NCBI GenBank assembly: GCA_965221905.1
Contig: OZ244922.1
Coordinates: forward strand, 3,104,001 to 3,168,000
DNA from: Chloroflexota bacterium
GTDB lineage: Bacteria; Chloroflexota; UBA11872; VXOZ01
Direction: 5' to 3'
Length of the DNA stretch: 64,000 nucleotides
In this document: positions 21,040 through 31,312 of the stretch, piece after piece
Layout of the letters: each line of letters begins with the position of its first letter
How positions within the stretch are numbered: position 1 is the stretch's first letter
The notes under the pieces: generated by a model
What the model was told of the DNA's origin: nothing
Database searches by the model: none
The model's input: the letters and a program-made list of their open reading frames with translations, nothing else
Made by a program: the position numbers and the translations under genes

Positions 21040-22752
21040 TCATCTCTGCGGATTTTCCCAATGTCGGTAGAATGCGGATCGGCGCTCGCCGACCAGATGC
21101 TCCAATTCCTCTCCGTGTATCTCGTACCTTTGGAAGACGTGCTGGATCACCTCCACACCCGCCTCGAACTCCGGCTGCACGACGTCGGAAGCGCCGGCAT
21201 CGCGCAGCTTCTGGATTGACTCACGACTACCCGCCCGCGCGATGATATCGAGCGTAGAATTAATCGCGCGTGCGTGGCGCACCGCAATCTCCGCTGCCAC
21301 GTCATCGTGAACGAGCACCGCCAAGAGCGACGCCTGCTCAAGTTGCGCGTGCCCAAGCACCGCCCGATTGCCCGCGTCACCATAGACCACCGGTATGCCG
21401 CTCTCTCTGAGTTCGCGAACCGTTAGCGGATTGTATTCCACGACAACATAGTGAATATTCTGGAAGTCAAGAGCATCGGCCAACTCTCGTCCGACGCGCC
21501 CGAAGCCGCAGATTACTGCATGGCCTCGATACAACCCCATCCAAGATGGAGCCGTGTCAGGTTCTGCAAATCGTACACCAATGACCGGCAAGGCCCGCAA
21601 TATGCGGGTAATCTGAGGCTCGAGCAGCAAGAGAAACGGCGTCAGAATGATGCTGATCAGCGCCGTGCTTATGGCCAGGTTGAAGATACCGGTGGGCAGA
21701 GCGCCTGCGCCGACACTAATCTGCGCCAGCACAAAAGAGAACTCGCCCACCTGCCCCAAGCTCAGCGCGGCACGTACTGCAGCGTGTGCCGGAACGCGCA
21801 GCATCAGGAGCAGTACCATCAGAATAGCTATTTTGCCGAAAACAGCCGCAGCCAGCGCAATACCGACCGGGCCTAGATTACTAATCAACCAAACCGGGTC
21901 AAGCAACATCCCAATCGATACGAAGAAGAGTGACGCAAATAAGTCGCGCATTGGTACGATCTCCGCCACGACTTGCGTGCGAAACTCCGACTCCGCCACC
22001 ACAAGCCCGGCGAGAAAAGCGCCGAAAGCGAGCGAAAGACCGACGAATTGGGTAACGAAGGCGGTGCCGAGGGCGAGAGCAACCACCGCGAGGATCAGCA
22101 ACTCCCGCGACTTGCCTTGGGCAATATGTGTCAATAACCAGTGCGCCGCGCGCGCGCCAATGAAGTACGCGCCGATACACACCGCCGCCGCTTTTCCGGC
22201 CAGGAAAAGCAAGTCGACCACCACGTTCTCGCCGCCTGCCGCCAATGCCGGCAGAATGACGACCATCGGTACTACTGCAATGTCCTGCAGTATCAAGATT
22301 CCCAACGCGATGCGGCCGTGCAGCGCCTGCAACTCGCCGCGCGTCATGAGCACCTTGATTACCACGACAGTGCTCGAAAGGGCGATAACAGCGCCGAGCA
22401 AGATGCCCTGCGTGAGCGAAAGCCCGAGCATTCGCCCCATCAGCGGGCCGAGACTCATCGTCAGGATAATCTGCCCTACACCCCCAACGATCACGATGCG
22501 ACCGAGATGACACAACTCGCGTAGGGAAAACTCAGCGCCTACGGCAAAGAGCAAGAACATCACACCAATCTCCGCCAGCACTTGGACGTCGTGCTGGTCG
22601 GCGCGCAGCAGGGGGCTGAACGGCCCAATGGCAATTCCGGCAAGCAAGTACCCCAGAATCACCGGCAGACCCAGCCGCTGGGCAACCAACCCAAAAAGGA
22701 AAGCGGCGAGAACAGCGACGGAGAGGTTTAGCGCTAACGAAACGTCAGGCAC
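21040..22752 (-). CDS. CPA2 cation:proton antiporter with a C-terminal KTN/TrkA-N domain (YbaL/RosB/Kef-like)
   Basis: Motifs LGYLLAGIAIGP, AEIGVMFLLF.VG.EFS, LSSTVVV.K, ILILQD, QVGEFSFVL and ICGFGRVG. Confidence 0.93.
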   Translation of the reverse strand: MPDVSLALNLSVAVLAAFLFGLVAQRLGLPVILGYLLAGIAIGPFSPLLRADQHDVQVLAEIGVMFLLFAVGAEFSLRELCHLGRIVIVGGVGQIILTMSLGPLMGRMLGLSLTQGILLGAVIALSSTVVVIKVLMTRGELQALHGRIALGILILQDIAVVPMVVILPALAAGGENVVVDLLFLAGKAAAVCIGAYFIGARAAHWLLTHIAQGKSRELLILAVVALALGTAFVTQFVGLSLAFGAFLAGLVVAESEFRTQVVAEIVPMRDLFASLFFVSIGMLLDPVWLISNLGPVGIALAAAVFGKIAILMVLLLMLRVPAHAAVRAALSLGQVGEFSFVLAQISVGAGALPTGIFNLAISTALISIILTPFLLLLEPQITRILRALPVIGVRFAEPDTAPSWMGLYRGHAVICGFGRVGRELADALDFQNIHYVVVEYNPLTVRELRESGIPVVYGDAGNRAVLGHAQLEQASLLAVLVHDDVAAEIAVRHARAINSTLDIIARAGSRESIQKLRDAGASDVVQPEFEAGVEVIQHVFQRYEIHGEELEHLVGERRSAFYRHWENPQR

Positions 22753-22974
22753 GGCATTTCTCCCACACTTCCCTCAAAGCGTGCTCAAGTGCAGCGGGCT
22801 CATTGGTGCTCCCCGCAGACTTGGGAGGAATAATCGTTGCGTTCGTCCAACCCATAGTATCAGACGGTCCTCGTGTCAAATGCCCTAACCGACAGACCTT
22901 GTCAGAATCTTTCAGCCACTCAGACCCAGGAAACAAGGAGGGATTCGCACACTCATTCGAATGCAAGACCGGCA

Positions 22975-23003
22975 TTGCCAACCAATCGAGAAGCTGCTAT
23001 ACT
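22975..23003 (+). promoter_or_regulatory. Sigma70-like promoter for the LysM gene
   Basis: TTGCCA-17 bp-TATACT with an extended -10 TG. Confidence 0.6.
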
Positions 23004-23061
23004 CTCTTGCGGACGACGAAGTCTGGGGCTAGGAGTTCTTGAACAGAGATTGGAGTGAGCA

Positions 23062-23286
23062 ATGGGCTTCCTGGATGCATTGTTTGGCAAGAAGAAGTCA
23101 AGTGGCAGCGTCCGCACTACAGTCAAGGTCGGCCCGGGGGAAACCCTTCAAGACATTGCACAGCGCGAGTACGGCGATGCCGGCAAATGGGATGTTATTT
23201 TTCAGAAGAATAAGTGGCGCTTCGAAGAAGGAGACCCAAAGACTATCTATCCCGGCATGGATTTAGACATTCCCGAAATAAACTAG
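23062..23286 (+). CDS. Small stand-alone LysM domain protein (Kbp-like LysM)
   Basis: Motif VGPGETLQDIAQREYGDAGKWDVIFQKN...IYPGMDLDIP, with a GGAG RBS, promoter and terminator. Confidence 0.88.
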   Translation: MGFLDALFGKKKSSGSVRTTVKVGPGETLQDIAQREYGDAGKWDVIFQKNKWRFEEGDPKTIYPGMDLDIPEIN

Positions 23287-23324
23287 GAATAGCCGCGCTT
23301 CGTCTCTACCACACTAGCTTGAAT

Positions 23325-23357
23325 AAAAGGCATCGACGCAAAACGTCGATGCCTTTT
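23325..23357. terminator. Bidirectional intrinsic terminator
   Basis: AAAAGGCATCGACG-caaaa-CGTCGATGCCTTTT between convergent genes. Confidence 0.85.
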
Positions 23358-23362
23358 GCTTC

Positions 23363-24214
23363 TCATGCGCTCGCAGCCGTCAGCATCTCCCGCAGCGCTT
23401 TGGCAGATTCGATTGCCGCGGCCTCCGGCGGGCCGCCTTCCACCTGGTAATGCATCTCTAGCGTATACACGCCATCGTAGCCGTCATTAGCCAGCGCGCG
23501 AAACTGACCTTCGTAGTCGGTATTGCCCTTGCCTACGCGGCACGCCTCGACCTCACCATTCACGCGCCGCGCGTCTTTCACGTGCATGTGCGCAAGATGT
23601 GGCTTGATGGCAGCATAGTGCTTCGGGTAGGGGTCTTCATCCGCCCAGAGGCAGTTGCCCGGGTCCCAGATTGCCTTCAAATGCGGTGAACCGACCGCCT
23701 CGATCAAGCGCTGCGACTCTTCACCCACGCCCGCATAGCACGACGGCTCGTTCTCCATACAGAGATCGAAACCGTGCTTGGCAGCAATGTCGAGCGCCGG
23801 ACCGAAGCGCTCCACAACCTTAGTGAACACTTCTTCCGGATCGTCATCTCTCCAGAAAGAGAAGCAGCGTACCACACGCGTGCCGAAACGCTCGGCCAAA
23901 GCAAAACAGTGCGGCAAGAGCGCCAGATGCTCTTCGTAGGTCATTTCCTGCGCGCCAAAGGTGTCGCCTTCGATCTTTCGCTCCCGGCCTTCCAGTGGGC
24001 ACTTGAAAATCGGTGTACCGAGTGCGCTCACCTGGATGCCGTTCTGCTTGAGGAGACGTTCCACATCATCCAGTCCGTCCGGGGAAAGGTCCATCAAGTT
24101 CGTGCCGTTGACGGTGCGCAGCTCCGCATACATGATGCCGTGCTCGCGCATCACGCCCAGCCCCGTGGCAAAGTCCGGATGCACCTCGTCAGTGAAAATT
24201 CCAATTTTCATCAT
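23363..24214 (-). CDS. Sugar phosphate isomerase/epimerase (AP-endonuclease-2 TIM barrel)
   Basis: Motifs IFTDE, AELR, MENE, WDPGN, HMHVKD and YDGVYTLE.H. Confidence 0.88.
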   Translation of the reverse strand: MMKIGIFTDEVHPDFATGLGVMREHGIMYAELRTVNGTNLMDLSPDGLDDVERLLKQNGIQVSALGTPIFKCPLEGRERKIEGDTFGAQEMTYEEHLALLPHCFALAERFGTRVVRCFSFWRDDDPEEVFTKVVERFGPALDIAAKHGFDLCMENEPSCYAGVGEESQRLIEAVGSPHLKAIWDPGNCLWADEDPYPKHYAAIKPHLAHMHVKDARRVNGEVEACRVGKGNTDYEGQFRALANDGYDGVYTLEMHYQVEGGPPEAAAIESAKALREMLTAASA

Positions 24215-24365
24215 CGTGCCCTTCTCTGAGTCTTGCGAATTGCCCCTTGCGCATTATACAAGAAGCCATGCCCCATCGCCTTGATTTGCGGCAATACGCC
24301 CACGCCACCGTGCCGCATTGCACGCAATGAGCACTCCGACCGCAAACACACTATGGCCGTTCCAA

Positions 24366-25664
24366 CTACGCGCCGTCCGCTTCCGATGCCGCCGTCGCCT
24401 CGGACAAGTCCAGTCGCGGCCGAGCGAATCTGCGCAGCGCGGCCGCGGCGAGTACGGTTGCTGCAAGAGCAGCCGTAAGGGCCGCGCCAAAGAGTGCCTC
24501 GAAGGATATGAGATCAGCGAGAAGCCCACCCACCGGGGTTAAGAAGATCAGGACTCCAATCAGCGTGTTCGTGAAGCCCATGTAGATGATGCGATCTTCA
24601 ACCGGTGAGACCTCGATTGCGAGAACTGAGAACGTGATTTCCTGCCCGCCGGTTGCCATGCCGAGGAAGACGAAGAGGGCAAGAAAGACCCAAGTGATCA
24701 GAGAAGGCGCAGCCTGAGAAACTGAGAGAACGTGCGCCGTAAGCGCCAGCACCGGGGGCAGCACGCTGATCAATGTCGTCGCCACCAGCAGCAGCCAACC
24801 GCCGCCGCGCGCGCCCAGCCAACCCCAGACGACGTTGCTGCCAATCACGCCGCCCATGAGCGCAATCGCAGACGAGCCCACCACAGATGCCGGTAGCTGC
24901 AACACATTGCCGCCATACACAACATAGAAAGGCACTGCGATAAAGGTAGCCATGGCCAAGACACGAATGATGACGTACGTGCGAAACGGCGGGTCGCGCA
25001 GGACAATCTCCCGGATGCGGCCCAAGTCTTGACGCATGGTGCGATTTGGGAGAATTGAGGGTCCCGCGGGCTCCCTCACGCAGCTAAACGACAAGTACCC
25101 AATTGTAGTAAAGACCCACGTCAGCATAAAAAGCAGCCAAACGTGTTCGAGACTTCCTTCCGAACGTTCGAGTACCTGGCGCACGACGAGACCGGCGACC
25201 AGAGCGCCAATGCCGCCAAAGAAGTTACGCAGCGAAAAGAACGTCGAAAGCCGTCGGCGCGGCACGATGCGCCCGACCACGTCGAAGAACGCCAACCCCG
25301 TAAAGCCGCCCGAAAGAGAAGCGATCGCCGTGAGCAGAATCAGTGCAGGCAGCACGATGTCTGCCTGATCCGGCACGATAAGCACTGTGGCCGCCAGGAG
25401 CGCCCAACAGGTGCTGCGTACTACCGCGCTGCGCTGATAATACTTGAGCTTGTACCGTTGGCGTTGCATGTAGTTGATCAACAACAACTGGGGCAACGCC
25501 CAACCCCCCATCTGCATGGCGGGCAGGATGCCAATGAGCACGTTGGACTGCGTAAGCTGGCTCACGTACCAAGGCAGCACCACGGTTGCACTCGTAAAGG
25601 CCATACCGGTGCTGTAGCTGACGCCATTGAGGACACCGAGGATGAAGTTCCGGCGGCTAGACAA
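24366..25664 (-). CDS. MFS transporter
   Basis: About 12 TM helices, with VLPWYVSQLT, LPQL, VGRIVPRRR and EVSPVEDR..Y.G..NT. Confidence 0.85.
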   Translation of the reverse strand: MSSRRNFILGVLNGVSYSTGMAFTSATVVLPWYVSQLTQSNVLIGILPAMQMGGWALPQLLLINYMQRQRYKLKYYQRSAVVRSTCWALLAATVLIVPDQADIVLPALILLTAIASLSGGFTGLAFFDVVGRIVPRRRLSTFFSLRNFFGGIGALVAGLVVRQVLERSEGSLEHVWLLFMLTWVFTTIGYLSFSCVREPAGPSILPNRTMRQDLGRIREIVLRDPPFRTYVIIRVLAMATFIAVPFYVVYGGNVLQLPASVVGSSAIALMGGVIGSNVVWGWLGARGGGWLLLVATTLISVLPPVLALTAHVLSVSQAAPSLITWVFLALFVFLGMATGGQEITFSVLAIEVSPVEDRIIYMGFTNTLIGVLIFLTPVGGLLADLISFEALFGAALTAALAATVLAAAALRRFARPRLDLSEATAASEADGA

Positions 25665-25742
25665 GAGATGGTCTACCTTCGCAGACTACGTGGATAAAGC
25701 AACGCCGAGGAAGCTGTACATTCAGGATACAGAACGTGGCAG

Positions 25743-26633
25743 TCATGCATGGCGCACGATGGCATCAGTCATACGGCACACGCGCACCAAAGCTCCTACA
25801 TCATGGACCCGCACCAGATCAACACCTTGCGCGATTGCCAGCGCCACCGTTGCCGCGGTGCCTTCCAACCGCTCTTCCGGGGGGAGATCGAGCGCTAGCC
25901 CGATGAATGACTTGCGTGAGGTGCCGATCAATATCGGCTGCCCCAAACTCTGGAGCACGCCGAGGTTGCGCATGAGTTCAATGTTCTGTTGCGGTGTTTT
26001 GCCGAAGCCGATCCCAGGATCGACAATTATGTGCTCAGTCGCGATTCCGCAGGCAGTTGCCCGCGACACTATCTCTGCGAGTTCTCTTGTCACGTCTTCT
26101 GCTACATTGCCGTACGAGACCTTTCCATAAAATCCGCCAAGCGCCGACTGCTGCGAATTGGAACGACGATTGTGCATTAGCACCACTGGCACGTTCAGGG
26201 CCGCAACCGTTGCTCCCATGGCCGGATCGCCGCCTAAACCCCAGACGTCGTTGACCATTGCTGCTCCGGCATGTACCGCTTCACGTGCCACGTCTGCTTT
26301 GTACGTGTCGATCGAGAGCGGCGCCTCTACCTCGCGATGGATCGCCTCGATTGCAGGCAACACACGGTCAAGTTCTTCTTGCAACGAGACTGTGTTCGCG
26401 CCGGGGCGGGTCGACTCACCCCCGATGTCGAGAATATCCGCACCTTGTTCCACAAAGCGCGCGGCCTGGGCAATGGCGCGCTGCACGTCTCCCCCAATTC
26501 CATCACCGGAGAAGGAATCCGGCGTCATATTGAGAATACCGACCACGTAGGTGCGGGAGGCCCAACGCAAAGTGCGGTTGCCGCAACGTGTTTCTTGCGG
26601 TCTTGATACATGAGCCGGCGGCGGCAAGCTCAT
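25743..26633 (-). CDS. folP: Dihydropteroate synthase
   Basis: Motifs GILNMTPDSFSGDG, DIGGESTRPG, SIDTYK, DPGIGFGK, GTSRKSFI and RVHDV. Confidence 0.97.
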   Translation of the reverse strand: MSLPPPAHVSRPQETRCGNRTLRWASRTYVVGILNMTPDSFSGDGIGGDVQRAIAQAARFVEQGADILDIGGESTRPGANTVSLQEELDRVLPAIEAIHREVEAPLSIDTYKADVAREAVHAGAAMVNDVWGLGGDPAMGATVAALNVPVVLMHNRRSNSQQSALGGFYGKVSYGNVAEDVTRELAEIVSRATACGIATEHIIVDPGIGFGKTPQQNIELMRNLGVLQSLGQPILIGTSRKSFIGLALDLPPEERLEGTAATVALAIAQGVDLVRVHDVGALVRVCRMTDAIVRHA

Positions 26634-28213
26634 GCATCTCCCTCTGGCGATGGCCGGACGGAGGCATACTGGTACCCGTGTATTAGCGTATCGCCGGGCC
26701 TAACGTTCGCCACATACAGGCTTACCCCCGGCCCCAGGCCCACTTGCACGATCTGTTCTGTCCGATCACTGGTATTCCTTCCCAAGTCCGGCAAGATAAC
26801 CCGCGTGACCCCCTCCGGAATGATGAATTCCTGGCGAGTTTCCCAGTATTGGGGATCACCGGGATCGAAGAGCAAGCGGAAAGAGTAGTCCTGCAGATAG
26901 TACTCAAGTTGATGGGAACGGTCGAAAGCCACGATCAGCGTCTGCTCCGGTGCGTGGTTCAACGTAATGTACCGCACCTGCTTGGTGAGTATCTCGTCGA
27001 TGTGACGGATCTCCTGATAGCGTCCTTCACCGGCAGCGAAGAAAAAGAGCAAGGTATTGGAGATAGCTATGACAGCAACCAGCACGGTCGTGATGCCAAT
27101 AGAAACTCGATGCGGTGTCAGGGCGGTCGTTACCATACCGCGCTGCGTCATCAGAAACCGGTACGCCTGCTCAAAATCGCGCGCAAAGCCGCGCATGGCT
27201 AACGCGGCATAGATGAGGAGTCCGGGCAGAAAAGAGAGCACGTAGCCCGGATTCCCAATGTGGGCGAGCATATAGAATACGAAAGGTACGATCATCCACA
27301 GCAGAATGATGCGCGTGCGCGCATCGCGCACGACCTGCTGCGGTGAAAAATATCGCCCCAAGAAGTAGATGATCGGCAGAAGAGCCAGACCAACCCCATT
27401 GTAAATCACTGCCGCAAGCGTACGTCCATTGTCGAGTATACTCTTGAGGTACGTCACGAGACCGGTAGACTGCCCGACCCAGAAGCCGTAATGCTCGCCC
27501 GACGCCCTCGCGTACGCCTCCCAGCCGCCGGAGAGCTGCACCGTTGGCACTCCCCACGCCAGCACTACCAGGAGCATTACCCCAATGCCGACGACGAGAC
27601 TCCGCAAACTCCTCCCCCACCAAGCGTAAACCCACACGGGCAAGAGGAATAGCAACAGATCCGGACGGAATCCCGCGCCAAGGCCCAACACAAACGCAGC
27701 AGGGACGATCAAGTTGTGCGACCCGAATTTCGTCTCGGTCAAGAGCAGCAACACCAGCGTGCTAAACAAGGCGAGAAAAGCGTAGGGATACGCCACCTCG
27801 CCGTGGGTCCAGAAAAGACTGCTCGTCCCTAGCAACAGGGCGCTAACAACCCCTGTCTGCAACCCGTAGAGCCGCCAGCCGAGAATGAACAGACACCACA
27901 CCGCCAGACTGCTTGCAGCCAGCGATAAGAGCACGTAGCTCGTGTTGGCGTCCAAGCCGAGACTGTACAAGAGCTTGGCACTGGCTACGTATAGCGGGTA
28001 TCCGGGAGGTTGCGGCTGATGAAAGGCCACGTTGTATTCTTCGAGAGCATAGGCAAAATTGGCGGAATCCCATGCGAAGAGTGACTCGCTGCGAAAGGGG
28101 ATGCGGCTGACTAACGTAACAAGGAAGAAAACACCGCTGAGAAACCACCCCAGCCGAGTCCATGCCGCAAGACCGGAAAGCAATCCACCCGTTATTCGTG
28201 CTGTCTGTTCCAT
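26630..28213 (-). CDS. Polytopic membrane glycosyltransferase of the GT-C fold (PMT/ArnT-like)
   Basis: WDSANFA...HQPQPPGYPLY in the first loop, plus GFRP and many TM helices. Confidence 0.7.
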   Translation of the reverse strand: MEQTARITGGLLSGLAAWTRLGWFLSGVFFLVTLVSRIPFRSESLFAWDSANFAYALEEYNVAFHQPQPPGYPLYVASAKLLYSLGLDANTSYVLLSLAASSLAVWCLFILGWRLYGLQTGVVSALLLGTSSLFWTHGEVAYPYAFLALFSTLVLLLLTETKFGSHNLIVPAAFVLGLGAGFRPDLLLFLLPVWVYAWWGRSLRSLVVGIGVMLLVVLAWGVPTVQLSGGWEAYARASGEHYGFWVGQSTGLVTYLKSILDNGRTLAAVIYNGVGLALLPIIYFLGRYFSPQQVVRDARTRIILLWMIVPFVFYMLAHIGNPGYVLSFLPGLLIYAALAMRGFARDFEQAYRFLMTQRGMVTTALTPHRVSIGITTVLVAVIAISNTLLFFFAAGEGRYQEIRHIDEILTKQVRYITLNHAPEQTLIVAFDRSHQLEYYLQDYSFRLLFDPGDPQYWETRQEFIIPEGVTRVILPDLGRNTSDRTEQIVQVGLGPGVSLYVANVRPGDTLIHGYQYASVRPSPEGDA

Positions 28214-28539
28214 GAGCGCAATTGGCTAGCGTTTGTGTCGGTTAGAGAAGTTTACATGGCGGTGTGCAAGAAACACCAATGTCTAATTCTAGCGGTGCCG
28301 TAATCTACGGCGCAAGCGCCGAAGTCTGCGGCGTAAGCAAAAGGGCTTAGGGAGTCTGCAGAAAACGGCTTGACTTGCTCTTGGACTCCTTGCTATGTTC
28401 CCCTCTGTACTGCTTAGTTGTGTGTAGTAGATTTAGGGGCACAGTTTTCTAGGCATTTGGTGATTCTCTTCTCGCGGCTCATCGCTTTGCTGGACTGCGG
28501 GGCTTGTATCAAGAGAAAGCGTCACTAGGAGGTGGCCAT

Positions 28540-29151
28540 ATGGATCAAGTTCCAGTCGATAACTTTGGCATAGAGCGGGTGGATGCCGACCAAGACAAGG
28601 CAGTCTTGAAGCAGGTCGCAAGCGAAGTCAGCGAGATACTCACACCGAATGAGAACATCCTGTACATCGCGCATCAAGGATGGACTATGCTCGGGCAGAA
28701 GCTTGACGCTGCAGTAGCCACTAACAACCGCATGATCATCTTCAATCGGCATCGGTTCAGGGGATTCTCGTTCACCGACTTCCTTTGGGAAGACGTGCAA
28801 GACGTGAAGATTCGCGAGGGCATGTTAGCGTCATACCTTGAATGTAAGCTGACCAACAAAGAACGTCACTACATAAAGGGATTAATTAAGAAGCAAACCC
28901 GCATCCTTTACAGCATTTGCCAGCAGAAAGAGCAGGAGTGGAGGGAGCGTCGCCGCGTGCGAAAGATGGAAGAGGAGCGTGCCCGTGCTGGCGGCACTCA
29001 GATCTCCATGCCTGCGCAGGAACTAACTGGATCTACAAGTGCTGAAGATCCAGTGGCTAAGCTGGCAAAGGCTAAGGAGATGTTCGATCGCGAATTGATC
29101 TCGGAAGCCGAGTACGAAACACTCAAGGCTGAAATCCTGCGGAAGATGTAG
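28540..29151 (+). CDS. Bacterial PH-domain protein with a C-terminal SHOCT domain
   Basis: ATNNRMII PH-like core, a charged coiled region, and DPVAKLAKAKEMFDRELISEAEYETLKAEIL. AGGAGG RBS. Confidence 0.8.
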   Translation: MDQVPVDNFGIERVDADQDKAVLKQVASEVSEILTPNENILYIAHQGWTMLGQKLDAAVATNNRMIIFNRHRFRGFSFTDFLWEDVQDVKIREGMLASYLECKLTNKERHYIKGLIKKQTRILYSICQQKEQEWRERRRVRKMEEERARAGGTQISMPAQELTGSTSAEDPVAKLAKAKEMFDRELISEAEYETLKAEILRKM

Positions 29152-29571
29152 GATGCTAGCCGACGCTTTCTCTCTCGCATAACAGGTATTGACTTGTAGA
29201 CTAAAGTGGCGAAATCGCTCAATAGCCGGTAGGTCTCAATTATCCCAGGGACAGAGAACATTCAATATGCAGGCGCAACGTGAAGTCTCTTGGATTGGTG
29301 ATGGTGCCGTTAGAGGTGTTTGTTACAAGCCCGTGCGTGCGGAACCATTTCCCTGTCTCTACTACGCTCACTTCAACACTGCCCAGATTCTTGGTTGAAG
29401 AATGTCAGGATGATTTCAAGCAAGATCTAATCGTTTCTACTAGGTCTGCATTTCAAGATCTGGCAACAAGCGCTCCGTCTCTCGTCCGCTCGTCACTACT
29501 TGCGCATCCTTCAGCGAATATGCTTAGCTAAGGGCAATACTCAAGTAACATCAACATCCAGGCTCAGTGCT

Positions 29572-31035
29572 ATGAACGTCGTTGTTATCTGCCTCGATAC
29601 CATGCGCTCCGACATGGTGCATTCGTTTGGCGCCGATTTCATCCGTACTCCCGTGCTCGACAATCTAGCAGCCGAGAGCGTGGCCTTCACCGAGGCGTAT
29701 GGCTGTGCCTATCCTACCATTCCCGCCCGCCGCGCACTCTTCACCGGCATGAACAGCTTTCCTTGGCAATATGGTTTCGATACCCTTGGCTCCAGTCCCT
29801 CGCCGCGCGGCTGGCACAAGATTCCCCCGGAACACACACCTGTGGCGGAACGCCTCGTAGAAGCGGGCATCAACACCGGCTTCATTGCCGATACGTACCA
29901 CATGTTCAAAGCAACGATGAATTTTACGCGCGGCTTTTGCTCCTGGGACTTTGTGCGGGGTCAAGAGTTCGACCACTGGAAGACCCTGCCGCCCGGCGCT
30001 GTCGACCCAACCAAGTATACCGACGCTGAGCCGGATTCGCCCCGCATGACGGGTATGCTGCAATACCTGTGGAACCAAGGTGAGCGCCCTCGCGAGGACG
30101 ACTTTCAGGCGGCGCGCGTCTTCTTGAGCGCCATGGACTGGGTAGAGAACAACGCCGCCTACGGGCCGTTCTACCTGTATATTGACTCGTTCGACCCTCA
30201 CGAACCGTGGGACCCGCCGCTCCACTACGCAGACGCATACTACAAAGACGACTCAGTGAAAGATTACATCTGGCCGGTGGGCACTGAGGTGGAAGGCGAG
30301 GCGGCCAGAGAGCGCACCAAGGCGCTCTACTATGGTGAAGTGACGTTCGTGGATACGTGGATTGGCCACTTCTTAGACAAGCTGGAAACACTCCACCTTC
30401 TCGAAGATACGGTCATTGTCTTCACATCCGATCACGGCACTGAGCTCCTGGACCGCGACCGCTTTGGGAAATCTGAAGACCACCTTCAGTGGTTCAATAC
30501 GCGCATTAACATGTTCATCCGCCATCCCGACAAGCAGCACGCGGGCAAACGCCTCGACGCTTTCGTCCAACATCAGGACGTGCCGCCCACCGTGCTCGAT
30601 TTGTTTGGCGTGCCGCACCAAGGGCTGGACGGCCTATCCATGTGGCCGCTCGTAACCGGTGAGCGCGAGAAGAACCGCGACTTTGTCATCGCCGGTTGGG
30701 GACAACACGCCACCGTGCGCGATCACGAGCACAACTATGTGGTGGACTTCGAGCAAGGACCGCGCAAGACCGATAGCGGCGGATTCACGGTTACACAAGA
30801 GACCGCCGCCCTGCATGTACAAGAGGAACTCTATAACCTGAGCAATGACCCGCTGGAGACGACAAACGTGCTCGAGAGTGAGCCCGATGCGGCGCTAAAG
30901 CAACGCGCGCGCTTGGAAGGCTTCTTGGAACAGCAGTTGCCTGCGCATCTCGACGACCGCGTGTGGACATACGAATATCCGCGGCGCGTCCACGCCAAGA
31001 CGAGCCCGATCATGAAGAAGATCGTCTCTCCTTAG
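29572..31035 (+). CDS. Sulfatase-family (alkaline phosphatase superfamily) hydrolase with Thr at the nucleophile position
   Basis: Motifs VICLDTMR.D, PTIPARRALFTG, FDPHEPWD, YYGEVTFVD, FTSDHG and ELYNLSNDPLE. Confidence 0.9.
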   Translation: MNVVVICLDTMRSDMVHSFGADFIRTPVLDNLAAESVAFTEAYGCAYPTIPARRALFTGMNSFPWQYGFDTLGSSPSPRGWHKIPPEHTPVAERLVEAGINTGFIADTYHMFKATMNFTRGFCSWDFVRGQEFDHWKTLPPGAVDPTKYTDAEPDSPRMTGMLQYLWNQGERPREDDFQAARVFLSAMDWVENNAAYGPFYLYIDSFDPHEPWDPPLHYADAYYKDDSVKDYIWPVGTEVEGEAARERTKALYYGEVTFVDTWIGHFLDKLETLHLLEDTVIVFTSDHGTELLDRDRFGKSEDHLQWFNTRINMFIRHPDKQHAGKRLDAFVQHQDVPPTVLDLFGVPHQGLDGLSMWPLVTGEREKNRDFVIAGWGQHATVRDHEHNYVVDFEQGPRKTDSGGFTVTQETAALHVQEELYNLSNDPLETTNVLESEPDAALKQRARLEGFLEQQLPAHLDDRVWTYEYPRRVHAKTSPIMKKIVSP

Positions 31036-31312
31036 TCCTTTCGGCGCTTGCCGCTCCAAAGGCGGGCCGACACTGCCAACACAGTTCCACCACGTCCTAG
31101 CCGGTGCCTTGTGCAAGACGCTCCGATCGAAGCACTATGGTGGGAACAGTTCATCGGTAAAGACGGTTCTAGGTCTACCGACACTCAATTCTGCCCGCCC
31201 TAGCGCACGCGCACCTTCTCTTACTCAACGTGCGGCATGTGGGTGGCGTGACTGCAAGCAACCGACCCTCTCTGCTGGAAGCAGATTCGCCGCACGACTA
31301 AAGGCGAAAAGC

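Noticed and set aside
21647-22510. Long antisense ORFs (also 36259-37050, 49901-50641, 52419-53126 and 61211-62158)
   Set aside because: They are shadows of well-supported genes on the opposite strand, expected at high GC.
22753-23061. c-di-AMP riboswitch expected between the K+ antiporter and the LysM gene
   Set aside because: I could not find the ydaO consensus elements on either strand, only promoter-like motifs.
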